Below are positions 52,893 through 63,088 of a DNA stretch of 64,000 bases, piece after piece. Origin of the DNA: Candidatus Omnitrophota bacterium. Lineage in GTDB: Bacteria > Omnitrophota > Gorgyraeia > Pluralincolimonadales > Pluralincolimonadaceae. The stretch is taken from NCBI GenBank assembly GCA_003141835.1, contig PLNR01000009.1, positions 8,307 to 72,306 of the forward strand. The letters are read 5' to 3'. The notes beneath the pieces are model-generated. The model did no database searches. It saw only the letters and a program-made list of their open reading frames with translations, and was not told the origin of the DNA. Numbering within the stretch: the first letter of the stretch is position 1; every line of letters begins with the position of its first letter. The position numbers were made by a program, and so were the translations under genes.

Positions 52893-54092
52893 TTAATTCT
52901 TAGCGCGGGTCAATCTTCGCGCCTCTAATATCCGGTCGGCTATAACCTGCCTTATCTTCTCGTCTTTTGAGAAATTGTCCGCTAGTGAATAACAGAAAAG
53001 CGCGTCCTGGGCCTTCTGTCCTTTCAAGGGCTGCTTTAATTTTTTTGCCTTTTTGTACAGCAGGTCATCTCCTATTTTGAAATACCGGTTGGCTACGTTC
53101 GCCACGAAATCCCTGTCCTCGACTATGTTAAGATATTCCTCCATTTCCGCAAGTTTCGCGTCATCGCGGGGAATGGGGTTATCTTCGAAAAATCCTTTCA
53201 GCAGCAGCTGGACCCGGGATCTCGCAATTTCTTTTATGCTTGGTTCATCTAAACTCGAGAGCGCTTCGTAATAATTTATGGCATATCTGTAATAACCCAG
53301 CTTTTTTTCTTTCGCAACTTCTCCCGCCCTGTTCTCGTAATCCTTCGCTTTCGCCATGCATTTCGCGAGATATGCCTCCTTCATATCTTTATCGTCCATA
53401 TGGGAGGACGCCAAAGAAAGGGAATCAGCCGAGAAAACAACTTCCGGGAGGCCGTCTTTTGCGTTTAAGATCTTGGATGCTATATTACCGCCCCATATCT
53501 TTACCAGGAGATCTTTTGACTTATCGGCGTAAGCGGATTCCGGATAATCTGCTATTATCGAGAGCAGCATCCTCTCCGAATTAGGGTATTGCTCGATGTT
53601 GAAATCGACCTCTGCCCATTTATAGAGCTCCTTTGCCTTTCTGTCAACGGCATCTTTAAGGTCTTTTCCGGACTTCTCGGCAACAGCGGGGTCCAGCTCA
53701 TTAGCTTTGTTAAAATGCATTATCGCCATATCGGCGAGGCGGTTCTCGGGCGTGCTGTTTTTCAGGCACCACTCTGCCAGGGCAAGCTGCGCCTTAGCGT
53801 CTTTCGGGTCCGTATTTTCAAATTTCTTAAGATAGATATCCTGCACGGTATATAATTCACTTTCCGGGATATCTTCTTTCTTTATCTCCTTCACCCATGA
53901 TTTAGGGAATCTCACTGTCCCGCCGGTCTTTAGCTTGACTGTCATCTCAGTACCGGTCTCGTTAATTATCTTCCCGTTAAAAGTTTCGCTCCTGTTATTC
54001 AATGTGATTATATCGGCGAGGGCCGGCTTAAATCCATATAAAGGAAATACCAGGGAACAAATTAAAATAAACAACAAAAAAGAACTGCGCAT
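52893..54092 (-). CDS. Secreted TPR-like helical hypothetical protein
   Basis: ATG at 54092 after AGGAGG; signal peptide; small N-terminal beta domain (DIITL...GKII.E..), LALAEWCLKN and YPESAYA helical repeats. Confidence 0.6.
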   Translation of the reverse strand: MRSSFLLFILICSLVFPLYGFKPALADIITLNNRSETFNGKIINETGTEMTVKLKTGGTVRFPKSWVKEIKKEDIPESELYTVQDIYLKKFENTDPKDAKAQLALAEWCLKNSTPENRLADMAIMHFNKANELDPAVAEKSGKDLKDAVDRKAKELYKWAEVDFNIEQYPNSERMLLSIIADYPESAYADKSKDLLVKIWGGNIASKILNAKDGLPEVVFSADSLSLASSHMDDKDMKEAYLAKCMAKAKDYENRAGEVAKEKKLGYYRYAINYYEALSSLDEPSIKEIARSRVQLLLKGFFEDNPIPRDDAKLAEMEEYLNIVEDRDFVANVANRYFKIGDDLLYKKAKKLKQPLKGQKAQDALFCYSLADNFSKDEKIRQVIADRILEARRLTRAKN

Positions 54093-54128
54093 GATCCCTC
54101 CTAAAAAATTGTTTTGGTAGCATTGCAA

Positions 54129-56711
54129 CTACCTTAAATACAGGACACTGGCCTTCGGAAGGTACGTTATGGTTATATCCTCAAAAACCGGCGTCTCGCT
54201 GTAATCGTCATCCGAAGACGAGAGGTTCACCTTGAACACTTCAGAATTAGAAATACCTCCGATGGGCCCATTGATAGTCAGATTACCACTGAGCCCGCCG
54301 CCGGTATTTACCTGGACCAAGCACAGCTCCTTGCTTGCATCGGCCGTCTCGGGTATCGTAAGCGTCCAGGAGACCGTGCCCCAACGGACAGAACCGCCCG
54401 GACTGAAAGAAGGCGATTGGTAATAACCGCTGTCGGGTATGATCCTCAGGTCGTCCCAGCAAGGGTCGCAACTATTTCCGTATAAAACCAGGTACCAATA
54501 GGTGGTCCGCCAGGAATTAGGCTGGCTATTGGAATATGGCCAATAATTATATCTGTCACCCATGGCGGAATTAGCGCCATCGCTATGGAAAGGAACGAGG
54601 GTATAACCTGACGTCGGCGGACCACAAAGGTACGAACCCAGGCTCCAACCATTACTGTAATTATAATAACGATGCGATGCCGTTCCCAGCGCCAGCCAGA
54701 CGCGGTAGTTCGGCGTAAGAACACCTGGATTGCTGTTTACAACCAGTTTAAAAGTCTGGTAATCCGGAAATATCCCGTGATGCTGGTCATTATTCTGTTC
54801 CGTAGCCCAGCCGTAATAATGGCTGGGCGTCGTAGGAGGAGTATCGTAATGGTCGGTTATCGGGTCTACCAGGCCGTAGAGGTCCCCCATGCGATAAATA
54901 CGCTCATTCTGGGGCGGATCCAACAATTCAAGGAACACCCTGCTGTCATAAAAGTCCTTTCCCTCCTTCGGTTTGCTGTTGAACGTGTCACTCTTAGTCC
55001 AATCCCAAACGCCATCGGGGTCAATGGCGATAGAAGGCTTCCAGTAATCCGGCGGCCTTGTAATATCTCTCCGACCGGTATTTTTGTCATAATAAAAACC
55101 CCAGTGTTGTATCCACAGTTTGGCCTTGGAAGTTACGGGGGCCGAGTGAAATTCTACGGATCCGGTACTTTCATTCCCGTCGCCATAGACGTTCGGCTTC
55201 AAATATACGCGGAGCGAGAAGTTATTGCCGAACGCCCATCTGGCAGAATCGAGCGTGAATTTAGGAAACCCCGACCCCCAGAGTTTATTACTGCCGGTAC
55301 CGTTGAGACCTATATTCATCGGATACGTACTGGTTTCCTGGCTAAAGCTCTTCCAACTGTAACCGAATGAATTACTGTTGTCGTTATCTTCTTCAAAGTT
55401 ATCCCAATAACCCAATTTAAGCGAATTCGGGATAGTCTTGTAATTAGCCACTATGCTGCCGGCCGGATCCGCGTTATTCATTTCGACGGGGCAGCTGTTA
55501 AGCCATGTGGCTTTCAAGAAAACCGGTAGGCTGGGACCGGCAGCATAGGTATCGGCCCGGAATTGCTCCTTTGTAGTGTAATTCAATATCTTGTACACCT
55601 GCACGATGGCGGTTATTTGTTTCCGGGCCGGCCCGGCCGTCCCGGTCGAGGTTATCTCGTATATCCCGCTCGGATGGAAACAGAAATCCGTCGAATACCC
55701 CGATGGCTTGACCCTGTTCGGGTTGGCGTTATTCTTAATATTGGTCTTCTCCGTTGCGGTAAGCGCGGCCGCGGGCGATAAGTCTACTGTCTCTATGAAA
55801 TGGTCAAAACCCGCTACGGATACGCCGCCGGAAAACCCCTGGTCGTTCCATACCCTGAAAAAGGTTATCTCCCGCTCGGCCTTGATAGCATTGGCCAAAG
55901 CCAGGGCTTTATTGGTATCCGTTATTATCGGCCTTAAGACCGCCTGTAGGACCTCGGTGCTTGCTGAATTTATATTAATTGGGGCCTTGGCCTGATAAAT
56001 TGAGGAGGAGGGATTGCCCGAGATGTTCGGGTCGGCAAGTCCTGTCAAAGGCATAGCGGTAGTGCTTTCGCTGTTCTGGTCGATATAGCTGTTTACCGTT
56101 ATATAGGGCGCTATCGCGTTGTACTTAGCCGTTCTCGCGGCCAGGTTCGCGCTTGTCGGCGGGCTAGGGGGTATGGCGGAAATAATCTGTTCCTTGGTGA
56201 TGTAACCCCCGGCCGGGCGGTTCGCTATTATCGCGTTCCCGTCGCCTGCCTGCAACGGGCCTCCTAATATCGCGACAAGGTTTTCAAGCATTACGGCTTG
56301 CGGGGCAGTGGGGTTGTTGAGACCGATATTATCTACTACGTTTACGTTTATCTGGCTTGCGGTATCGGTTATCGTTACGGAGTAGGCGGCGGTATTGCCC
56401 ATCCCCACGTTCCCGAGGGAAATAGGGCCAATGGTAGCCGGTTGCGCTGGAATAACAGTATAAGGAGAAACACTGGTTGGCAGGGCAGTGAAATTTCCCA
56501 AGGCGGCGTTCCTGGCAGAGATGATGGCGAGATTAAGGCCGGCCTCGGCCGCGTCTTTGGCCTGCGCCGACACCGCCATATTCACGGCCGACTTATAATC
56601 AACAATCATATTGATAGTAAAGGACGTCCCGATGATCAGCATCATCGCGAGGATGCCAACCGTCACTATAAGGGCGATGCCTTTGTTATTTTTTCCGGTT
56701 CTCATTTTCAT
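54129..56711 (-). CDS. Giant GspK/PilX-like minor pilin, paralog B
   Basis: Prepilin site NKG|IALIVTVG (no E5); INVN and ININSAS HhH-like motifs; YEITSTG; large C-terminal beta-rich region. Confidence 0.75.
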   Translation of the reverse strand: MKMRTGKNNKGIALIVTVGILAMMLIIGTSFTINMIVDYKSAVNMAVSAQAKDAAEAGLNLAIISARNAALGNFTALPTSVSPYTVIPAQPATIGPISLGNVGMGNTAAYSVTITDTASQINVNVVDNIGLNNPTAPQAVMLENLVAILGGPLQAGDGNAIIANRPAGGYITKEQIISAIPPSPPTSANLAARTAKYNAIAPYITVNSYIDQNSESTTAMPLTGLADPNISGNPSSSIYQAKAPININSASTEVLQAVLRPIITDTNKALALANAIKAEREITFFRVWNDQGFSGGVSVAGFDHFIETVDLSPAAALTATEKTNIKNNANPNRVKPSGYSTDFCFHPSGIYEITSTGTAGPARKQITAIVQVYKILNYTTKEQFRADTYAAGPSLPVFLKATWLNSCPVEMNNADPAGSIVANYKTIPNSLKLGYWDNFEEDNDNSNSFGYSWKSFSQETSTYPMNIGLNGTGSNKLWGSGFPKFTLDSARWAFGNNFSLRVYLKPNVYGDGNESTGSVEFHSAPVTSKAKLWIQHWGFYYDKNTGRRDITRPPDYWKPSIAIDPDGVWDWTKSDTFNSKPKEGKDFYDSRVFLELLDPPQNERIYRMGDLYGLVDPITDHYDTPPTTPSHYYGWATEQNNDQHHGIFPDYQTFKLVVNSNPGVLTPNYRVWLALGTASHRYYNYSNGWSLGSYLCGPPTSGYTLVPFHSDGANSAMGDRYNYWPYSNSQPNSWRTTYWYLVLYGNSCDPCWDDLRIIPDSGYYQSPSFSPGGSVRWGTVSWTLTIPETADASKELCLVQVNTGGGLSGNLTINGPIGGISNSEVFKVNLSSSDDDYSETPVFEDITITYLPKASVLYLR

Positions 56712-56823
56712 CTGCCTGAACGCCCTCGGGGGTAACATATGCCGGTAATAATACCGCGTTTATCTTATGAATTTTATTTCTTTTCCTGGATAGGAAAAAG
56801 CCGCGATGCCGTTCCTTGGTACC

Positions 56824-58503
56824 TCAGCGTTGCCGTATTTGGGATCGGGGGTCCTGCCTCGGCGAACCTTCTTTATTGTTTACCTGGGGAGAAGGAACAT
56901 ATATTGCCAGCTTTCCGTCTCCCAAAAACGGCACTATACTACCCGCGCCGAATTTCATACCCTGTATTTCGATATTTTTTGAAGGCGAAACGCTCTTAAG
57001 CTTGGCTGAAGGATACAGATCTATTGCGCTGCCCTTTGGTAACTTTATGCCGTTTATTTCAGTATCCCTTGATAGTATCCCGCTCGATACCTTCCCCGAC
57101 TCAAAAAAGAATACCTTACCTGCGGCAAAAGGGAACCCCTGGATATCCTGGTCCTTGGGCAGATATACCACAAATAGCTTCCCTGAATCGCCGAAATACA
57201 CATCCGCGCCCTTCGGCAAAGCCACATCCTGCACCTTCTGGTCCTTGTCCAGGGCGCCTCCGTGTATCTTCCCGGATTGCAGCAGGCCTATCCTGCTCCC
57301 TTTAGAGAACGATAAACCCTGGACATCTATACTCCGGGTCAGGATGGCGTTATTGAGCTTTCCGGATTTATAGAAATAGGCGTCGCCTATGCACGGGATC
57401 CCCTGGATATTATGCTCCTGGCGCAGTACTGCTATCCTTATATTGCCCGTTTCGTAAAATAACAACCTCGTCCCCTTTTTAAAGTCTATGTCTTTTATTT
57501 TTTGGTCCTTAGCGAGCCTGGCCAGGGACAGCTGTCCCGAACCGTAAAATTCGACCTCTGTGCCTGCCGGGAACGCGATACCCTGGATGACCTTTGCCGA
57601 ATTCAGGGTCTCAGTGCTTGCCGTCTCCGCCCTCAAGTTGGATCTACCTTTTGAATACGGGAGAGCGCCCATATCATTCCTTGACCCGTCCGGCCCGTTA
57701 TACTTGGGATCGGGGTCGCCGGCACCGATACAGGGAGAATCGCCGTTAAGGTGGAAATCGCCTCCTTTGGGGGCCACGAATGCGGGATCGCGGGTGATGT
57801 CCTTCTCCCCTTTCTGGCAATTCTCAAAATCCTTGGCGTTATAAAAATCGTTATAAGCGAGGACCAGAGAGATGTCCTTCCTCGGCTCGTTTATCCCGGC
57901 GGGCTTAGATATCCCGCCGCCATATCCCGTGGAAGATAATATATTGATCCCGATCTTATTATTATAGAAGATCGAATTACGGACGGCTATCTCGGACGGC
58001 CCCCGCCACAACCTTAAGCCGCATTCGCTGTCGGCAAAAGTGCAGTTGACCACTTTTACATTAACGCTTGAATCCACCTTCAAAGATGCCAGGAGGCTCT
58101 TGGAGGTAAGTATACAATTGCTAATCGTAAATCCGTTGGCGCCCGAGACCTCAAGAGTTTCCTTATCGAACCGGAGGCTTAAGCCTTTTACCGCTATATT
58201 GACCAGCTTAGCACTCTGCGACGACACGCTTATCCCTTCGCCGCCTACCTCTAAAATAGTCTTATCGGCTCCCGCGCCGACAAGATTCATATCTGTCTTA
58301 AGTTTGAAACCGTCTTTCTCCTTATAGGTACCTTCCCCTATCGCTATCGTGTCGCCAGGCATCCCGCGCTCGACGGCTTCCTTGACCGTTTTATAATCAC
58401 CCGGAACGGCGACATCGTACCCGGGCGCCGCTTCGGAGCTCAGGGGCGCAAAAATGACCATACCGAAAAGCAATAACAGGGATATTTTTTTAGACATGAT
58501 CAA
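56824..58503 (-). CDS. Secreted beta-helix protein with C-terminal ~30-aa repeats
   Basis: Signal peptide; VPGDYKTVKEAV...GDTI...GTYKE beta-helix start; DPAF...DFHL..DSPCIGAGDP...DMGA motif; eight GKL-type repeats. Confidence 0.7.
   Translation of the reverse strand: MIMSKKISLLLLFGMVIFAPLSSEAAPGYDVAVPGDYKTVKEAVERGMPGDTIAIGEGTYKEKDGFKLKTDMNLVGAGADKTILEVGGEGISVSSQSAKLVNIAVKGLSLRFDKETLEVSGANGFTISNCILTSKSLLASLKVDSSVNVKVVNCTFADSECGLRLWRGPSEIAVRNSIFYNNKIGINILSSTGYGGGISKPAGINEPRKDISLVLAYNDFYNAKDFENCQKGEKDITRDPAFVAPKGGDFHLNGDSPCIGAGDPDPKYNGPDGSRNDMGALPYSKGRSNLRAETASTETLNSAKVIQGIAFPAGTEVEFYGSGQLSLARLAKDQKIKDIDFKKGTRLLFYETGNIRIAVLRQEHNIQGIPCIGDAYFYKSGKLNNAILTRSIDVQGLSFSKGSRIGLLQSGKIHGGALDKDQKVQDVALPKGADVYFGDSGKLFVVYLPKDQDIQGFPFAAGKVFFFESGKVSSGILSRDTEINGIKLPKGSAIDLYPSAKLKSVSPSKNIEIQGMKFGAGSIVPFLGDGKLAIYVPSPQVNNKEGSPRQDPRSQIRQR
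56899..57600 (-). repeat. Eight ~29-30-aa MORN-variant-like repeats
   Basis: Consensus QxIQGIxFxxGxxVxFYxSGKLxxxxLxxD seen eight times in the translation. Confidence 0.75.
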
Positions 58504-58512
58504 GGCCTCTCA

Positions 58513-61485
58513 CTAATAATGCACATAAAGAAATTCCACCGGCGGAAGATATGTCACCGTGATATCCTTAAAGACGGGCGTTTGGCTGGCCGTGGAATAA
58601 CCGGTTTCGTCCAAAGTGGCACTCCCTAAATTCCTGGTCTCTAACGTAGCTTTATACTGGATATTCCTGCCTGAAAAACCGGAGAGCGGATCGCCCTTAT
58701 TCTTCGCCTGCCAATTTACATCGTGCTCGCTCAGGCTATCAGCCGCCCTTAGGCCTATGCTCACCGAGGTGCCTGACGGCTCTGCTGAATTCCAAGTGAC
58801 CGTTCCCCACACGATATTCGAGTTATCATCGGCGGATTTAGCCGAGAACGGCGTCGAGGCAAGAAAACCCCTGGGATATATTACCCTTATATTATCGAAT
58901 ACGCTCACCAGTTCAGAGCGGCATCCATAGTACGGGCCTCCTCTTTCCTTAATTGTATTAATCCAATCTGCAGGCGAATTGGTATCAAATTTATACGCAT
59001 TCCGGCAGGCAAATTTAACCGATCCCGTAACGTTAGTCCCGACACTCGAATTGGTGCTCGCCGCAAGGAAATCTACATCTTGAACCGCCCCGTTAAGTTT
59101 AGTCAAGCGATAACGGAACGCGCGAAGGCTTGAGTCTTTCCACATCTCGCCCAGGACATAAGGAAGCGGTACACCGGTGCCGTAATCCATAGGATAGGTC
59201 GTATCCATAGTCAATCTATCGCCACCCACATTCAATTCCTGGCTATCCGAGCCGGTGTAGAGAACGCCATCCTCATCTTTGAGTTGGGTATAATAATCAT
59301 TTGGCTGGTCCAGTTCACTTTTTGCGACAAGCCAGGCTCCGCTCCACGGCGGTGCCGGACAGCGGGGAGAACCTCCCTCGTTACGCCCGCTTGCAGGAAA
59401 CTCCCAGCCGCCGCTTGGCTCGTATTGGCCCTTATCCTGGGTATATACCCTCACAAACATATCGTATCCCAAACCGAAATCATTACCCGAATGGTCACCC
59501 TTCGGCGAGTAATAGAACGGATTTAACGCATTCTGCCTCTCTTCCCTGGCTTTTGAATTGATCTTAAGGCAGAAGGTGCTGTGACCCGAAGAATCAACCG
59601 CTCCTTCCGGGGATGATAGCCCGTTGCCATCAGGGCCCATAAAAGTAGCCCAACAGATAGAGATAGTATCCGCAGGATAAGCTCCCGGAGCCGGAGCCGA
59701 TCCGTCAGAAGGGAGACTGGCAGGGTCGGGCGGTATTATTGTGGTAAGTACATCCCCTTTTAACATTATGACGTCATAGCCTATATCCTCGTCAAAATTG
59801 GTCCAATAACCGAGCTTGAGGGAATCGGGTGTGGTCGCGTAACTGCCCTCCCAATTCATCTTTTGGGTCGCATCAATAAACGAATCTTCGTCGGTGGGAC
59901 AGGAGTCCATCCAGTTCACGTTCCTTAGTTCGCCGTCGGAAAAACCGGCCCCGCCATAAGAATTCCCCTGAGCGTAATAATCGCTGAACCACGCCCCGGA
60001 AAACTCCGATCTTGTCGTTTGGGTCCAGGTGCCGAAGGCCCTGACCGTTGCCGTTATCTGTTTTGTCGCCAGTGTACTCCCGGACGCGTCCTTCACTTTT
60101 CCCGTGGAAGTTATCCTGAATACGCCGGCCTGGTCATACTGGATGCCTGTCGTCGTCGGCTGCAGGCTCTCCTCCATTATAAACTTTTGCACAGGAGCAC
60201 CGATATTTCCGTAATCATAGATCTTGCCGTAGAAGGAAGTCGGGCAATAGCCGAGATAATCGGAAAGGACTAAAAATCTTTGGTTGCCTCCGTAGGGGTC
60301 CCATGTATAAGGTAAAGCGTTCCACTCCAGGTACAACACGTTCTCGTGAGTATAATTAAAATATTCCATCCTTATCGGATGCCAGCCCGCATAGGTGAAC
60401 GTCACGTTCCCGCTCTCTTCCCTATTCCCGCCGGATGTAGACCAGTAAGATGTCACCTGGTTGCCGTCTATGTATAATTTGCCCCCGTCACGGCTCGTCA
60501 CCCAAAATTGAATATTCTGGTTTAACCTGCTCGATGGAATATAGATATAACCCGTAAAGACGGCCCCATACTGGTCAAGGCCTGCGCCCACCGACCAGTC
60601 GATGCCGATATATCCTCCCGCCCATTCTCCGTCATGGGCCTCGGACCAGCCCCCGTTGTCGCCGTCCACGCCGGCAAAGGTCTTGCCGGGCTCCCAGGAC
60701 TGGCAGCGCCTGCCTAACTCGATGATCTTTCCCCTGAAATTAGCCACGTTCAGGATCGTACTAGAATCCCAGCTTATCCTGTTCGAATAATATTTTGCTA
60801 TCAATCCGCCCCTTATTACCGGCGAGGCAATGGTTATCATGTCTTTAATAGCGTTATACCTGGCGTCGTTTAAATTAAGTACGAGCTTCACTTCTTCCAA
60901 GGAAGCGTAAGGGGCATATTTCACGGCCACTCCCTCGCTGTTGCATGCTTGTACCCATGGGTCATGGTAGCCCCTGGCGCTGTTCGTCAAAAGAAAAGAT
61001 GTGGAAGTGGGGCTGTCGCCGCGGTAATCTATTATCTTGGCTATTTCGTCATAAGAGAGGCCTGCAGCCTTCAGCCTGTCTATCCAGGGATAGTCGGTCT
61101 CGTCGAGAGTATTTATGTTTATCTTCTGCAGGGGTGTAGAGTCGACCGTCACCTCCTCGCGCTCGACCGTGACCTTGTAAGTATTTGTGGTGCCGGGTAT
61201 CACGACCTCGGGAGATGTCGTCGTCGAATAGTTATTCGCGATATTATCCAATACCGTTTGATAGTTGACGGTCTTCACCCAATTGCGGATGTCCGCAATG
61301 GCGATATCTGCGGCGCCTTTGGCGATCTGCGTGGCGACCGAGGAGTGATAGAAATTGGAGGCAGCCTTATATTCTATCTGCATGTTTATGGCGAAACTCG
61401 TGGCTACCATGGCAATGAGGGCCAGGACGCCCACAGAGATTATTAGGGCTATGCCTCTCTTCTGTTTATTCTTCTTGTTCTTCAT
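58513..61485 (-). CDS. Giant GspK/PilX-like minor pilin with inserted PA14 domain, paralog A
   Basis: KRG|IALIISVG (no E5); KININT, IIDYR, YASLEEV GspK-like motifs; PA14 (GLIAKYY...FTGYIYIP...SRDGGKLYID...WHPIRMEY); FRITSTG. Confidence 0.78.
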   Translation of the reverse strand: MKNKKNKQKRGIALIISVGVLALIAMVATSFAINMQIEYKAASNFYHSSVATQIAKGAADIAIADIRNWVKTVNYQTVLDNIANNYSTTTSPEVVIPGTTNTYKVTVEREEVTVDSTPLQKININTLDETDYPWIDRLKAAGLSYDEIAKIIDYRGDSPTSTSFLLTNSARGYHDPWVQACNSEGVAVKYAPYASLEEVKLVLNLNDARYNAIKDMITIASPVIRGGLIAKYYSNRISWDSSTILNVANFRGKIIELGRRCQSWEPGKTFAGVDGDNGGWSEAHDGEWAGGYIGIDWSVGAGLDQYGAVFTGYIYIPSSRLNQNIQFWVTSRDGGKLYIDGNQVTSYWSTSGGNREESGNVTFTYAGWHPIRMEYFNYTHENVLYLEWNALPYTWDPYGGNQRFLVLSDYLGYCPTSFYGKIYDYGNIGAPVQKFIMEESLQPTTTGIQYDQAGVFRITSTGKVKDASGSTLATKQITATVRAFGTWTQTTRSEFSGAWFSDYYAQGNSYGGAGFSDGELRNVNWMDSCPTDEDSFIDATQKMNWEGSYATTPDSLKLGYWTNFDEDIGYDVIMLKGDVLTTIIPPDPASLPSDGSAPAPGAYPADTISICWATFMGPDGNGLSSPEGAVDSSGHSTFCLKINSKAREERQNALNPFYYSPKGDHSGNDFGLGYDMFVRVYTQDKGQYEPSGGWEFPASGRNEGGSPRCPAPPWSGAWLVAKSELDQPNDYYTQLKDEDGVLYTGSDSQELNVGGDRLTMDTTYPMDYGTGVPLPYVLGEMWKDSSLRAFRYRLTKLNGAVQDVDFLAASTNSSVGTNVTGSVKFACRNAYKFDTNSPADWINTIKERGGPYYGCRSELVSVFDNIRVIYPRGFLASTPFSAKSADDNSNIVWGTVTWNSAEPSGTSVSIGLRAADSLSEHDVNWQAKNKGDPLSGFSGRNIQYKATLETRNLGSATLDETGYSTASQTPVFKDITVTYLPPVEFLYVHY

Positions 61486-62249
61486 TTCGCACCTACGATC
61501 CTGATGTAGTCGGTAAATGTCTTCGACTGGGTGCCGTCCCTGCTCTGGACGGTCAAAGACACTGAGACGGCGTCGGGAAGGCCGTCCGGTATCAACTTGT
61601 TGCCGTTGGAATCATAATTCTCGGTGGCGGCGCCGGTCAAGGCGTCCGAGCCTGAATTCCAGCTGGGCACGGTTGCGGTCGGCGCAGCGCCCGCGACGTG
61701 CCTGTAATAGTAGGTAAAACTCAGGGCCTTCACGTTGGTTGCGATCGGCGTATCCAGCGCGCCGGTATCGGCCGAGCCGTCAGCCCTTTTCGTGAAATCA
61801 TAGACGGCCGGCGCCCCGGGAACGTTGAAATACTCAAAATGGCGCATCAGCCTGTTATCATAGTCCCTTAACCAGTAGCCTACCTCACAGAGGTCCTGCA
61901 GGCCGGGATTATTGGCTATCGGCGCGACAAAATATATCTCATCGCCTGCGGAATTCGTTTTAAAACCGTGGGTGGCGGAATAGCCCTGGAACTTGGTCCG
62001 GTAAGATGTATTATTACTATTCTGCCATAGATAAGCGGAAGCCATCTCTTTCTCCATCATGTCGAGGGCAAAGCGCGCGTTCTGGTACATATCGAGGATA
62101 GTCTCGGCCTTGCGCCACGAATCGAGGCTGCCCTTAAAGACCATAAATATAGAGGTGACGAGAATGGAGAATATGACGGCCACGACCAGGATCTCTACCA
62201 AGGTCAGGCCGGAGGTGTTCCTCTTTATATGTCTATCTGGTCGCCACAT
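61482..62249 (-). CDS. Minor (pseudo)pilin, GspJ/PilW-like
   Basis: SG|LTLVEILVV N-methylation motif; ARFALDMM..EM, EVGYWL, NVKALSFTYY, LPDAVSVSL. Confidence 0.8.
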   Translation of the reverse strand: MWRPDRHIKRNTSGLTLVEILVVAVIFSILVTSIFMVFKGSLDSWRKAETILDMYQNARFALDMMEKEMASAYLWQNSNNTSYRTKFQGYSATHGFKTNSAGDEIYFVAPIANNPGLQDLCEVGYWLRDYDNRLMRHFEYFNVPGAPAVYDFTKRADGSADTGALDTPIATNVKALSFTYYYRHVAGAAPTATVPSWNSGSDALTGAATENYDSNGNKLIPDGLPDAVSVSLTVQSRDGTQSKTFTDYIRIVGAK

Positions 62250-62589
62250 AGGTCGTGAATACCTGATGATAACCTTTGTTCCTATATTGCCAGCTTATTG
62301 TCAAGTCCACCTGCCTTAACGTGTCCGCGGATGCGCCTGTAGTTGAAACGCTCTGCGACCAGGTGTAAGCCGGGTCGGAAAATGAGCCTGTTGAAATACC
62401 TAAGACGGGAAATCCCGCGTTCCTCAGCTCTTCCATATGATTATGCCCGTAGATCGCCACTTGCGTGGAATTCACGGACCGCCTCGCCGCGTCGAAGCCT
62501 ATAGGGAAGAGGGACAATATCCCAACTAACCCTACGGCGAGTATCGCGAGCGAGATGACTATCTCTATTAAAGTGAAACCTTTTCTCAT
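62233..62589 (-). CDS. Minor (pseudo)pilin, GspI/PilV-like
   Basis: MRKG|FTLIEIVISLAIL; YTW..., LRQVDLTISW. Confidence 0.8.
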   Translation of the reverse strand: MRKGFTLIEIVISLAILAVGLVGILSLFPIGFDAARRSVNSTQVAIYGHNHMEELRNAGFPVLGISTGSFSDPAYTWSQSVSTTGASADTLRQVDLTISWQYRNKGYHQVFTTYVATR

Positions 62590-62602
62590 GATGCTTAAAG
62601 GA

Positions 62603-63088
62603 CTACCTTCTCCAGTTGGTTATATCGTCGCTGCCGCCGTTATTATCAGTTTTGTTGGGCCCGTTTGACCATATATCGACATAATTAGTGAAACCGCTGC
62701 GCGAGCTATCGCTTGGATTAGCGTAATGATAGGCGCTGCCCCAGGAATCGAGTATATTGCTACCGCTCACTTCATTCGTCTGGAAATTCATGTAAGGGCC
62801 TGACCAGTTGACAGTGCTTAAACCATAGGTCGTCAGATTAGCAGTTGAAGTGAGAGAGCTGTATAGTTTATCGATGCCGCTGGGCGGATAGATCCCCTCA
62901 TCCGCCTGGAGCATCCCAAGCGCCGTTTCAAGGGCGGCTATCATCGCCCTGGCCTTGGTAACCATCGCGCGCTCTTTAGCTTTCTGCGCGGCGCCGGTTA
63001 TGAGGCCTGCTAATATCAGGATGATCGTCATGACGACTATCAGCTCTATTATCGTGAACCCGCCTTTACGTTTTTCCATTTTAACCAT
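62603..63088 (-). CDS. gspG: Major pseudopilin GspG-like
   Basis: GG|FTIIELIVV; GIYP, WSGPYM, DSWGSAYHY, DIWSNGP...DDITNW T2SSG signature. Confidence 0.82.
   Translation of the reverse strand: MVKMEKRKGGFTIIELIVVMTIILILAGLITGAAQKAKERAMVTKARAMIAALETALGMLQADEGIYPPSGIDKLYSSLTSTANLTTYGLSTVNWSGPYMNFQTNEVSGSNILDSWGSAYHYANPSDSSRSGFTNYVDIWSNGPNKTDNNGGSDDITNWRR

Noticed and set aside
54129-61485. Shufflon-type inversion system for the tip pilins
   Set aside because: Both paralogs are complete and co-oriented; no inverted partial cassettes, recombination-site repeats or recombinase were seen.
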